From: a bacterium
GTDB lineage: Bacteria > Patescibacteriota > Minisyncoccia > Phycocordibacterales > UBA5272
Assembly: GCA_043751115.1 (NCBI GenBank)
Contig: JAYVAE010000040.1
Coordinates: 1 to 56,805, forward strand
DNA: 56,805 nt
Direction of reading: 5' to 3'
Shown here: piece by piece, positions 7,858-17,411 of the stretch
Position numbering within the stretch: position 1 is the first letter of the stretch
Layout: every line of letters starts with the position of its first letter
Program-made: the position numbers and the translations under genes
The notes under the pieces: generated by a model
Seen by the model: the letters and a program-made list of their open reading frames with translations, nothing else
What the model was told of the DNA's origin: nothing
The model's database searches: none

Positions 7858-8538
7858 ATGGCAGTTATTAAACACAGCGACCAACGCGTCGCAATATTTA
7901 TTGATACACAAAACCTTTATCACAGTGCTAAAAATCTTTACAATTCGAAAGTCAATTTTGGAAAAGTTCTTTCCGAAGCACTTGCCGGTAGAAAGCTTAT
8001 ACGAGCTCTCGCTTACGTTATTACTACAGAGGCAGGGGACGAGACTCAGTTCTTCGAAGCTCTCACAAAAATTGGCATTGAAACAAAGACTAAAGACTTA
8101 CAAATCTTTTTTGGTGGTTCAAAAAAAGCTGACTGGGATGTTGGCATGGCGGTTGACGCTATACGTATAGCGCCAAAGGTGGACACCATCATACTTGCAA
8201 CAGGAGATGGCGATTTTGCGCCACTCGTTGTCTTTCTCAAAGAGCATTTCGGAGTACAGGTAGAAGTTATCTCTTTTGGAAGATCGTCATCGAGCAAGCT
8301 AAAAGAAGTCACTGAAGACTTCATCGATATGTGCGACCATCCCGAAGAATTTCTCATTGGACACGGTAGAAGTACTGGAACGAGAAGACCTGCGCATAAT
8401 ACGCAAAGTAAAAAAAGGACGAAATTAAGTAAAGCTGTGACAGAACAAATCGCAGAGAATGCACATGTAGAAAAACATGTAGAAAGAATAGAAAAAAAGA
8501 CTGAAAGTTCGCCACTACTCGGAGAAGACGTTGTTTAA
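7858..8538 (+). CDS. NYN/LabA-like domain protein (predicted RNase fold)
   Basis: VAIFIDTQNLYHSAKN ... ILATGDGDFAPLV pattern of the NYN/DUF88 family, with a basic low-complexity C-terminal tail. Confidence 0.75.
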   Translation: MAVIKHSDQRVAIFIDTQNLYHSAKNLYNSKVNFGKVLSEALAGRKLIRALAYVITTEAGDETQFFEALTKIGIETKTKDLQIFFGGSKKADWDVGMAVDAIRIAPKVDTIILATGDGDFAPLVVFLKEHFGVQVEVISFGRSSSSKLKEVTEDFIDMCDHPEEFLIGHGRSTGTRRPAHNTQSKKRTKLSKAVTEQIAENAHVEKHVERIEKKTESSPLLGEDVV

Positions 8539-8602
8539 GATAGAGAAGTAGTAAAAAGATTTCTAACATTGAAAAATCATCTGCTATACTGATTTATATA
8601 GT

Positions 8603-9331
8603 ATGGTAAATGATCACATCATGACCTTTGAGAAAGATATTGAAAATGAGATACGCACTAAGTCTGCGTCTCTTTCTGACATTGCGGCTGCTTCTGGTGT
8701 TGTGGATAATAAACCCGAAAAAAGTGCATTTCACTTAGTTATTGTGGTTGTTATTGCCCTTGTTATACTCGTTGTTGGTGTCTTGACCTATCTTTATTAC
8801 AAAAATATAGAGCGAGCAAATACTCCAAAGGATGGTGCAAGTGTAAAAGAAAGAGAAACTGTAGACGTTTTTGAAAGAAAGGATGCGAAAGGTGAAGGAA
8901 AAGAGCAAGGCGAGACAAATACTAGTAACAAAAATCCTAGAAACTGGGCTTCGTCACTTGCGACAAAAAAGCTAGTAACATCCCCTTTGAGTGATTTACT
9001 GCCAACAATATTTCCCTATATACAAAAGAATTTAGTTAAAGCTGAAACATATGAGAGTGCCTATATAATAACCTTCACTGGTTATAATGAGTTTTATAAG
9101 ACACTTCTTGACAATGAAGAGCTTTTTCTAAAAGACGCGCTCGCTCTTTATGGAGAAACTGTGGCAAGTAGCACAATCTTTACCGATAAGCGACTAGGCG
9201 AAATGGATACTCGTTTTGCTAATGGCACTGGAGGAAAGAGCGTTTACTATCTTTTTGTAAGACCATCACTGCTTATCATATCGGACAATGGAGAAACTCT
9301 CGAGAGCATTTCTACTTCAATAACAAAATAA
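8603..9331 (+). CDS. Hypothetical single-pass membrane protein
   Basis: 242-aa ORF with one TM segment (FHLVIVVVIALVILVVGVLTYLYY). A TATACT box lies 12 nt upstream. No family recognised. Confidence 0.6.
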   Translation: MVNDHIMTFEKDIENEIRTKSASLSDIAAASGVVDNKPEKSAFHLVIVVVIALVILVVGVLTYLYYKNIERANTPKDGASVKERETVDVFERKDAKGEGKEQGETNTSNKNPRNWASSLATKKLVTSPLSDLLPTIFPYIQKNLVKAETYESAYIITFTGYNEFYKTLLDNEELFLKDALALYGETVASSTIFTDKRLGEMDTRFANGTGGKSVYYLFVRPSLLIISDNGETLESISTSITK

Positions 9332-9333
9332 CA

Positions 9334-10848
9334 ATGTCTCTTGCAACACTACTCACCGCTCACACAACATCTCTCCTCGCCGATATTGTGACTGTGGAAG
9401 CAGATATCAGCACTTCTATTTACGAAATGCGTATAGTCGGTTTGCCAGATAAGGCCGTTGAGGAGAGCAAAGAAAGAGTTATTTCTGCACTGAAAAACAG
9501 TAATTTACCAAATCCAAAAAAAGAAAATCAAAAAGTGCTGATCTCCCTTTCTCCAGCAGATATAAAAAAAGAGGGCTCGCATTTTGACATACCTATTGCT
9601 CTTGCCTATTTAAAGGCTGGAGGATATGTTGTCTTCGATGGGAGTGACAAGTTGTTTGTCGGGGAGCTATTACTTTCTGGTAAGGTTAACCGCGTCAAGG
9701 GCATTATCGCAATAGCTCAGCTTGCAGTTAAACAAGGGATTAAGGAACTTTATGTTCCAAAAGGTAATGAGGAGGAGGCTACTCTTGTGGTCGGTGTCAC
9801 AGTCTTTTCCTTCTCTCATTTAAAAGAGCTTGTGGAACATTTAAAACAGGATGGTCGTAAAATAGATCCTTCAAAACATGTCGTTCCAGAATACAAAAGA
9901 CCAGACTATTTTGTGGACTTTGAAGACATTATTGGCCAGGACCTAGCGAAAAGGGCGCTACTCATTGCAGCGCACGGTAGCCACAACATTGCCCTCTACG
10001 GCGCGCCAGGCACGGGGAAAACAATGCTGGCGCGAGCGTTTATAAGCCTCCTACCGAAGCTATCCCTTTCTGATATGCTGGAAGTCTCTTCGATACACTC
10101 ACTCTCAGGAAGTTCAAAATCTCTTGTCACGTATCCACCGTTTAGATCTCCTCATCACACATCATCTTTTGTATCGCTTGTTGGAGGCGGAACAAATCCA
10201 AAACCAGGTGAAATAACGCTTGCTCATAAAGGAGTGCTCTTCTTAGACGAATTTCCAGAATTTGACGCAAGAGCTATTGAAGCACTGCGCGAACCCCTTG
10301 AAGAAGGTTTCATCACTGTTTCTCGCGCAAAAGGAACTTCACTTTTCCCCGCATCATGCATTCTTATAGCTGCGATGAACCCTTGTCCTTGCGGATATAT
10401 AACGAGTAAGAATAGGCCGTGCATCTGCTCTCACAGGGATATAGCAAAATATCATAAGAAACTTTCCGGCCCCATAGTGGACCGCATCGACATGTGGATT
10501 CCGGTTGAACTTATTGAACACGAGCTACTGACACATGGGAAGAAAGGACTTTCTACCGAAGACATGGAAAAAAAGAGAAATGTCGCCCACTCTTTCGCAA
10601 AAAAAGAAGGGCGAGAAAATGCAAATAAGAAAATCTCTTTGAGAAATATTGAAACGTCTGTTTTACTTCATAAAGGTGCCGAGGATACGCTACTCACCTT
10701 GGCAAAAAAAAATAATTTGTCTCCACGTGTTTATCATAAAATATTAAGAGTAGCCAGAAGCATCGCAGACCTCGAAGAAAGCAAGGAGGTTACACGTGGA
10801 CACATTTTAGAATCATTTCAATATAGGCAAACGTTTTTTAATAATTAA
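9334..10848 (+). CDS. comM: YifB/ComM family Mg-chelatase-like AAA+ ATPase
   Basis: 504 aa with a Lon-protease-like N-terminal domain, Walker A GAPGTGKTMLA, Walker B LFLDEFPEF and a Cys cluster CPCGY..RPCIC. Confidence 0.88.
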   Translation: MSLATLLTAHTTSLLADIVTVEADISTSIYEMRIVGLPDKAVEESKERVISALKNSNLPNPKKENQKVLISLSPADIKKEGSHFDIPIALAYLKAGGYVVFDGSDKLFVGELLLSGKVNRVKGIIAIAQLAVKQGIKELYVPKGNEEEATLVVGVTVFSFSHLKELVEHLKQDGRKIDPSKHVVPEYKRPDYFVDFEDIIGQDLAKRALLIAAHGSHNIALYGAPGTGKTMLARAFISLLPKLSLSDMLEVSSIHSLSGSSKSLVTYPPFRSPHHTSSFVSLVGGGTNPKPGEITLAHKGVLFLDEFPEFDARAIEALREPLEEGFITVSRAKGTSLFPASCILIAAMNPCPCGYITSKNRPCICSHRDIAKYHKKLSGPIVDRIDMWIPVELIEHELLTHGKKGLSTEDMEKKRNVAHSFAKKEGRENANKKISLRNIETSVLLHKGAEDTLLTLAKKNNLSPRVYHKILRVARSIADLEESKEVTRGHILESFQYRQTFFNN

Positions 10849-10865
10849 AATATATAAAAGTGGAT

Positions 10866-11879
10866 TTAAAAAGGGTTGACGGCACCACGCACTTCAATGT
10901 GGAGATGGGCACCAGTTGAGCGTCCACTATTACCGAGCGCTCCGATGATTTGTCCTTGCTCAACGGTCGCGCCAGCGGAAACAGACACTGACGAGAGATG
11001 AGCATACAGGGTTTGTATATTATTCTTATGGGAAATAACTACCATACTTCCATAGCCTCCATTATAACCACTTGAGCGTGCGATAAGAACTTTTCCGGAA
11101 CCGGTCGCCACTATTGGCGCGCCATAGTTTCCACCAAGGTCAACTGCATTTTTACCATGTATGCCTTGCGTCTTTATAGAGCGCGCGAGAGGTTTCACGA
11201 AGAAACCAAGGGGAGTAGTGAACAATTTTTTAACGGGCTTTTTTATGACACCACTTTCTTTTGGTTTCTCAGACTGAACTTCTCCATTAGGAATAATAAT
11301 TTCTTCGCCAAGAGCAAGTTTCCTACTTTCAGAAATACCGTTAAACTTTGCAATTTCTCCACTATCACCTTTATACTTTTTTGCAATACTGGCAAGAGTC
11401 TCTCCTTCTTTTGCTACATACTTAACGCCTGTTACAGGCAAAATAACAATAACATCTCCTTCTTTTATTTTTTTATTTGGTAAATCATTTGCCCATAAAA
11501 TGGTATTAACGGTGACGCCAAAAAGTTTTGCAACAGATGAAAGTGTGTCTCCAGTTTTTACTTCATACACGGTAATAGTATCTTCGAGGGGGTAATCTAT
11601 TTCTTCAGTAGAAAGTCTCATTGGTCCGCTCTTTACTTCGAGGACTTCTTGATTTTCATTATCATCTGCCAACGAGAGTGTGGTCGGCGTGAGAACGCTT
11701 GCTTTTGACGCGTCACTACTTTCTGCTTGGCTAGCCTTATCTTGCGCAAAAAAAGTGAGCTTAACCCGAGAAACAAAGGTAGAGAAGGTGGTGGCATAGG
11801 CAAGGGAATAGCTACCGCCGTACGCCAGGAGGGCGAGGCAGAGCATAAGAGTGGTATGTAAGATTTTATCTGATTTCAT
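10866..11879 (-). CDS. LysM-domain M23 family metallopeptidase
   Basis: Signal peptide, two LysM-like repeats (YEVKTGDTLSSVAKLFG and YVAKEGETLASIAKKY), and an M23 C-terminus GNSGRSTGAHLHIEVR. Confidence 0.88.
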   Translation of the reverse strand: MKSDKILHTTLMLCLALLAYGGSYSLAYATTFSTFVSRVKLTFFAQDKASQAESSDASKASVLTPTTLSLADDNENQEVLEVKSGPMRLSTEEIDYPLEDTITVYEVKTGDTLSSVAKLFGVTVNTILWANDLPNKKIKEGDVIVILPVTGVKYVAKEGETLASIAKKYKGDSGEIAKFNGISESRKLALGEEIIIPNGEVQSEKPKESGVIKKPVKKLFTTPLGFFVKPLARSIKTQGIHGKNAVDLGGNYGAPIVATGSGKVLIARSSGYNGGYGSMVVISHKNNIQTLYAHLSSVSVSAGATVEQGQIIGALGNSGRSTGAHLHIEVRGAVNPF

Positions 11880-12157
11880 TGAGAATGGTATAGGGGGGAA
11901 AATAAAGTAAGCTTATTCTCTTTGATTTCTCTATAGTTTTCCTTTGTTTTCTCTATAGTTTTCTTTTTTTCTTTGAGTATTCTGTGGGTATGTGGGTAGC
12001 TGGCTGTCTTTTATGCTAATAGGAAAATGACTTTAAGTCAAGGTTATTATTATCAATTTTAGAGAAGAGTAATGCTATTTTTTTAGAAAAGAGAGTTCAA
12101 AATAAAGTGCATAGTCACACGTATTTCTTTAAATATATACTATACTAAAAGGTATCT

Positions 12158-13429
12158 ATGACTGAAACAGAAGCACAAAATACTGGCGGAGCCGTGCCAG
12201 GGGCGATGCCTTCATTTGTCATGCCTAGCGAGAGCACTCTCGCACAAGGAGCGCCGAGAGTACTACCCTCTCAAAATGTTGCTTCAGCGAGTGTTTTAGA
12301 AGTATCACCGCAAGCACAGACTCAGGGAACGTACCCTAAAGCCAATACTCCTGCCATTCCTGCCCAAACAATTCCTTTTAAGGGAGCTGCTGCCTTGGTA
12401 ACTGAGAAGCTTAACACAAATAAAGTAGGGGGTGAGGTAAAAAACCCACAAATAATAGTCATAGCCTCCCTTAAAGATCAACTAGAAAAAAGAGCGGTGG
12501 AGTTAAATGAATTAACGATTAAGCTAACGCAAACTAAAAGTGACGGTGAAAAGGCATTACTCAAAGCGACAGTCGGCATGCAGGGTCAATTAGATGAGCT
12601 ACGCAGTGTTCTAACAACCAAAGTTGCAGAAATACAAAATCATGTGGAGAAGGAGGCAGGTTTAGAGGCGCAGATTACATCTTTGCTAGAACGGGTAAAG
12701 AATCTTGAGGCGGCACTTAAAGCAGCGGATGATCTTATTGGCAGGCAGCCTAATCCATTTATGAAAGATACTACGGCGCCTGAAGAGGAGGGAGAGGAAC
12801 CAAAGCAAGAGTCTATTAACTTTAATGTAAGTGACACCACGCTCATTACCTTAGCAAATAATTTTGAGATCATGACGTCTTACATGAAGTGGGGGGTAGA
12901 GTATCTTAACTCTATGACCGCCTCACATAATGTGACGGACTATTCTGACAGAGAAAGTGGTGAGAATGCTCCGAATGAAAAAATAAACAGTTCTTCACTA
13001 TTTGTGCCAATCACAATAACAACAAGCCATGACAAGTCCGCTACACAGAATGAGAATGCAGGCACTCTTGAGAAGCCGACAACGCAAACTGTCACAGATC
13101 TTTCCGTAGTGAACGCAAGCGAAGCTCCTGTAGACAATGCTTCTTTATCACTGGTAGTTGAAGCTCTCCACGAAGCTGGGTCACATGCTCCTGTTTTGTC
13201 TAATACTCAGGTAGCCGAAATAGTTCTGCCAAATAATACTCCTGAAGCACTTACTATGGATACCATTACTCTAAGAAGGACAGGGGATATTCTTATTGCA
13301 CTGGGACATGGTACAGGCAGAGACTCTCTTATTCAGTCTCTCACTTCGCCAGCACTGATAGGTACCATAGATGTAAGTGGTCTTCCTCCGAAACTTAGAG
13401 CAGACTTAATGGTTGGTACAGTACAATAA
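12158..13429 (+). CDS. Hypothetical protein with central coiled-coil
   Basis: 423-aa ORF with a heptad-like segment KDQLEKRAVELNELTIKL...LERVKNLEAALKAADD. No family recognised. Confidence 0.6.
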   Translation: MTETEAQNTGGAVPGAMPSFVMPSESTLAQGAPRVLPSQNVASASVLEVSPQAQTQGTYPKANTPAIPAQTIPFKGAAALVTEKLNTNKVGGEVKNPQIIVIASLKDQLEKRAVELNELTIKLTQTKSDGEKALLKATVGMQGQLDELRSVLTTKVAEIQNHVEKEAGLEAQITSLLERVKNLEAALKAADDLIGRQPNPFMKDTTAPEEEGEEPKQESINFNVSDTTLITLANNFEIMTSYMKWGVEYLNSMTASHNVTDYSDRESGENAPNEKINSSSLFVPITITTSHDKSATQNENAGTLEKPTTQTVTDLSVVNASEAPVDNASLSLVVEALHEAGSHAPVLSNTQVAEIVLPNNTPEALTMDTITLRRTGDILIALGHGTGRDSLIQSLTSPALIGTIDVSGLPPKLRADLMVGTVQ

Positions 13430-13434
13430 TAACT

Positions 13435-14031
13435 ATGCTCTCTAAAGAAACTTTTGAAAAATATAGAACAATAAAAACTAAAGATATTTATTTGTCAGAT
13501 GGTAATTTTACTGGAACAGTGGAGGTGAGAGGCCAGCTTTCCGCTTTTATTAAAGAGCTACTTACTTTTTTTATTCCCAATCATAATATTTCCATTCCTG
13601 AGAAAGAGCTTAAAATAATACTTGCTGAGTCAACGCTCGAATTACTCTTTACTACATGCTGTAAAATGTATCAAGAAGAATTAGAGCGGGCAAAGGATAC
13701 AACCACAGAGGACATACTCGCAGAGCTTGGTTTACAAAATGCTGGGGAAGAAGAAAAGCTAGCCACGCTCGCTGATGTGAGAGATCTTCTTTATATGAAC
13801 TATTTTAAGAGATTACTTGAAACAGAAGAAGAAACGAAAGTGATAGAAGCGCTTCGAAAGGCTTTTGCCATGGATCAAAAAGAGAGTCTTCTTAACAAAG
13901 ACCACACCTATGACTTTTTTAGCATTGCTTTCAAAAACTTTGTTTTAAATAAAGAGCAAGGAAATCCGCTACTGGCAATTTTTAAAGAAGTGAAGGAAGA
14001 GACCATAACTTCACTTAAGGCTACTCATTAA
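13435..14031 (+). CDS. Hypothetical protein
   Basis: 198-aa ORF starting 5 nt after the previous stop, on the same strand. No family recognised. Confidence 0.55.
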   Translation: MLSKETFEKYRTIKTKDIYLSDGNFTGTVEVRGQLSAFIKELLTFFIPNHNISIPEKELKIILAESTLELLFTTCCKMYQEELERAKDTTTEDILAELGLQNAGEEEKLATLADVRDLLYMNYFKRLLETEEETKVIEALRKAFAMDQKESLLNKDHTYDFFSIAFKNFVLNKEQGNPLLAIFKEVKEETITSLKATH

Positions 14032-14082
14032 GTCATTAAGGGATAGTAAAAGGTACCTGCTCTTAGTGTATACTATAGACCC

Positions 14083-16020
14083 ATGAACAGTAGCGAGTTA
14101 AATGATAAACAAGAAGAAGCAGTGAATTATATAGAAGGACCGCTACTCATTCTCGCAGGTGCTGGTGCTGGCAAAACCAAGACTATCACAGAGCGAGTTG
14201 TCACTATTGTTAAAAAAGGTGTTGATCCGAGAAATATACTTGCCGTTACTTTCACCAACAAGGCTGCAAAAGAGATGCGTGAGCGCATACTTCATCGTCT
14301 CGAAGAAGAAAAACTCATCGAAGCGGAGAATCCTTACAGGCCTCTACCGACGATTAAGACGTTTCACTCTCTTGGTGTGATGATATTAAGAGAGCATGGT
14401 CATCTTATAGGGCTTCCACGTTTTCCAACTATACTTGACCAAAGTGACACGCTATCCCTCATAAAAGAATGTCTCTTCTCACTTAATCTTGATCCAAAAG
14501 TGCATGACCCATCAAAAATCCGTCATGTCATTTCAAAAGAGAAGGGCGACTTCACATCGCTACGCGAGTATGAGACAAAAGTTTCAAATGCGCAAATGGA
14601 AATTATTCTAAGTGTGTGGAGACTTTATGAAGCGAAGCTCAAGGAGCAGAAGGCTGTCGACTTCGACGACCTTCTCGTAAAAACTGTTTACCTTCTTGAC
14701 CATTTTGAAGAGGTGAAGAATTACTATCAAAATCGTTTTCTCTACGTACATATAGATGAGTATCAAGATACTAATGGCGCGCAATATGCCCTGACAAAAT
14801 TACTTGTAGGGAAGTGTCGAAATATTTGTGTCGTAGGTGATACCGATCAAAACATTTACTCATGGCGCGGAGCTAATCTCCGTAATATTCTTAACTTTGA
14901 AAAAGACTTCCCAGGCGCAAAAATAGTTTTTCTGGAAGAGAATTACCGCTCCACAAATATCATACTTTCTCTCGCGAATAGAGCTATACAAAAAAATAAA
15001 GTACGCACCGAAAAAAATTTATATACAAAGAAAGAGGGAGGTGACCTTATCACTATTGTTCCGGCATACGACGAATACAGCGAGGCAGACTATGTAGCAA
15101 AAAAGTCTCTCGAGTTTATAAGGGGGGGCGTACACCCAGAAAATATTGCGATACTTTATAGGGCGAACTTTCAGTCGCGCGTTTTTGAGGAGGCAATGAT
15201 AAGGGAAGGGGTAACATATAATTTGCTCGGTACAAAATTCTTTGAAAGAAAAGAGGTGAAAGATGTAATCTCATACCTCCGGGCAGCTTATAACAGGGAC
15301 TCACAATCCGACTTAAAGAGAGTTTTTGATGTGCCTAAAAAAGGAATAGGAAAAGGCACTGTGCTTAAAGTTTTCACTAAGGAAGTTTTGCCAAAAAGTG
15401 CTGAGCTTCGTATCGCTACCGTCTATCGTTTTTTGGATAACATCCTCGAAAAAGGAAGTGTTATGACTCTGAGCGCACTTCTTGCTTATGTCATCACCGA
15501 GTCTGGTATAGAAAAAGAGCTTTTAGAAGGCGGTAGTGAAGACAAGGAAAGACTGCTTAACATTTACGAACTTATTTCCTTAGCAGAAAAATATGAAGGG
15601 AGGAAAGCAGAAGAAACGCTTCCAGAATTTTTTGAAGAGTCTTCGCTTATGTCGGACCAAGATAATGATACGAAAGAAAAAAAGGGGGTGAGACTAATGA
15701 CCATACATGCTTCAAAAGGGTTAGAGTTTGAAATTGTTTTTATTGTCGGACTTGAGCATGACCTCTTTCCTCATAAAAACTTTGGGGGCAAGAAAAAGAA
15801 TGCGGAAGAAGAGGAAGAAGAGCGAAGACTTTTTTATGTCGCGGTAACAAGAGCAAAGAAGAGGCTCTTTCTCACTCACACAGAGCTTCGTACCATATTT
15901 GGACAAAAGCAAATCAATGTGCCAAGTGTTTTCCTCGAAGATATAGAAGAAACTGAGACTCTTTTTGAGGATCTTTATTACCGCGAGCGAGGTGAAAATA
16001 CTATTCTTTACTTTGATTAA
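14083..16020 (+). CDS. pcrA: UvrD/PcrA family ATP-dependent DNA helicase
   Basis: Walker A AGAGAGKTKTI, DEYQDT, VGDTDQNIYSWRGA, and the late motifs TIHASKGLEF and LFYVAVTRAK. A TATACT box at 14069-14074 lies 8 nt before the ATG. Confidence 0.9.
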   Translation: MNSSELNDKQEEAVNYIEGPLLILAGAGAGKTKTITERVVTIVKKGVDPRNILAVTFTNKAAKEMRERILHRLEEEKLIEAENPYRPLPTIKTFHSLGVMILREHGHLIGLPRFPTILDQSDTLSLIKECLFSLNLDPKVHDPSKIRHVISKEKGDFTSLREYETKVSNAQMEIILSVWRLYEAKLKEQKAVDFDDLLVKTVYLLDHFEEVKNYYQNRFLYVHIDEYQDTNGAQYALTKLLVGKCRNICVVGDTDQNIYSWRGANLRNILNFEKDFPGAKIVFLEENYRSTNIILSLANRAIQKNKVRTEKNLYTKKEGGDLITIVPAYDEYSEADYVAKKSLEFIRGGVHPENIAILYRANFQSRVFEEAMIREGVTYNLLGTKFFERKEVKDVISYLRAAYNRDSQSDLKRVFDVPKKGIGKGTVLKVFTKEVLPKSAELRIATVYRFLDNILEKGSVMTLSALLAYVITESGIEKELLEGGSEDKERLLNIYELISLAEKYEGRKAEETLPEFFEESSLMSDQDNDTKEKKGVRLMTIHASKGLEFEIVFIVGLEHDLFPHKNFGGKKKNAEEEEEERRLFYVAVTRAKKRLFLTHTELRTIFGQKQINVPSVFLEDIEETETLFEDLYYRERGENTILYFD

Positions 16021-16052
16021 AGTAGTTTAACGGGAAAAAGGCATAATAGAAA

Positions 16053-16075
16053 AAGAGTCCCTTGATGGGACTCTT
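16053..16075. terminator. Hairpin terminator between convergent genes
   Basis: AAGAGTCCC-ttgat-GGGACTCTT (9-bp stem). A U-tract follows on the minus strand, which suits the 16096..16524 gene. It may also serve pcrA. Confidence 0.5.
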
Positions 16076-16095
16076 CCTAACAGCGGACTTCATTC

Positions 16096-16524
16096 TCACG
16101 GCCTCGCAGTATGTGCCAAGTAGGCGGCGACTACCGCGAGGGCAATGGCAAATATCTCTTGCTTGTTTGGCATATCCTTGTGCAGGATGAATCCGAACAA
16201 TACGGCAAACACCGGAATACTCCCGATGACTGCGTAGATGAAAAACGGGTTTACCTTGAGTGCGAATCCTCGCGCCCAGAGATAATCCGCCGTGTAGCTC
16301 ATGACCCCAAGCAAGAGGAGTAGTCCCCAACCCTTGGGCGAGAACTTCACGAGCTCCGTGTGCTGTCCGCTGGCGAATACCACAGCCCAGGCGATACTGG
16401 TTGAAACCGTCGTATAAACGGCAACGATCAATGCCACGGATGTAAACGCGGTGACCATGGGGTAGATGGACTGAAAGAGTCCGTACATGACGGCCCCCAA
16501 TATCAGCCCTACGTGTCCGTTCAT
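16096..16524 (-). CDS. GC-rich small polytopic membrane protein, EamA/DMT half-transporter-like
   Basis: 142 aa from MNGHVGLILGAV..., with four hydrophobic segments. AGGAA lies 6 nt before the ATG. GC is clearly higher than the flanks. The upstream 19 codons in the ORF track are rejected. Confidence 0.65.
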   Translation of the reverse strand: MNGHVGLILGAVMYGLFQSIYPMVTAFTSVALIVAVYTTVSTSIAWAVVFASGQHTELVKFSPKGWGLLLLLGVMSYTADYLWARGFALKVNPFFIYAVIGSIPVFAVLFGFILHKDMPNKQEIFAIALAVVAAYLAHTARP

Positions 16525-16571
16525 GGAAATTCCTTTCGAGTGAAAAATAAAGAACGAAAGATCAAAGTTAT

Positions 16572-16599
16572 ATTTTATCATAAATTAGCTTAAAGTCAA
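16572..16599 (-). promoter_or_regulatory. Promoter for the 16096..16524 gene (TTGACT-N16-TAAAAT)
   Basis: Minus-strand hexamers at 16599-16594 and 16577-16572. Confidence 0.4.
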
Positions 16600-16622
16600 T
16601 ATCTGTGCTAAAGTAGGAGCAG

Positions 16623-17411
16623 ATGAATTACAAACCTAAAAAAAGCTTGGGTCAAAATTTCTTAACCTCTCCTCCAGCGCGCGCCGCAATTGTTGAAGCA
16701 GGGCATTTAAGTGACAAAGATATTGTTCTTGAAATAGGGCCTGGAAAAGGATTTCTCACGGAAGGATTGCTCGCGACCGGCGCCACCGTTCAGGCAGTAG
16801 AAAAAGATAGCGAGCTCGTGCCCTTTTTATGCGAAAGATTTGCAAAAGAAATTTCTTCTCAAAAACTTTCTGTCACGGAAGGAGACGTGCTAACCTTAGA
16901 GCCACCTTACACTTCGTATAAACTTATTGCCAATATTCCGTACTATATTACCGGAGCAATACTCTCTCGCTTTCTCTCTCACGAGAGGAAGCCGACACTT
17001 ATGGTTGTGCTCGTTCAAAAAGAGCTTGCCGAAAGAGTGACGACAAGAGACGGCAAAGAGTCTATTTTATCTCTCGCGGTGAAAGTGTATGGTACCCCTC
17101 GTATCGCACACCGTGTCTTAGCAGGGAGCTTTTTCCCGAAACCAAAAGTGGATAGCGCCGTGCTCGCCATAGACAATGTCAGTGGTTCAAATTTCCTGGA
17201 CGAGAGTCATGAGCTCGCTTTTTTTACACTCATAAAGCTTGGCTTTTCTCACAAGAGAAAGATACTTATTTCAAATCTTAAAGAGTTATATGATGAGGAT
17301 GCACTTCGAGTACTCTTTAAAGAACTCTCACTCTCCGAAAAAGAAAGGGCTGAGAATGTTACACTAGATAAATGGTTATATATCTCCTCGGCGCTTTCAC
17401 GCTCATCGTAA
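16623..17411 (+). CDS. rsmA: 16S rRNA (adenine1518/1519-N6)-dimethyltransferase
   Basis: KKSLGQNFL N-terminus, SAM motif LEIGPGKGFLT, and NIPYYIT. Confidence 0.9.
   Translation: MNYKPKKSLGQNFLTSPPARAAIVEAGHLSDKDIVLEIGPGKGFLTEGLLATGATVQAVEKDSELVPFLCERFAKEISSQKLSVTEGDVLTLEPPYTSYKLIANIPYYITGAILSRFLSHERKPTLMVVLVQKELAERVTTRDGKESILSLAVKVYGTPRIAHRVLAGSFFPKPKVDSAVLAIDNVSGSNFLDESHELAFFTLIKLGFSHKRKILISNLKELYDEDALRVLFKELSLSEKERAENVTLDKWLYISSALSRSS

Noticed and set aside
11926-11965. Short direct repeat TTCTCTATAGTTTTC x2 in the spacer upstream of the M23 peptidase gene, and the 99-nt repeats at 56155/56360, considered as CRISPR arrays.
   Set aside because: There are only two copies each, with wrong repeat/spacer geometry and no cas genes. 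They are not CRISPR.
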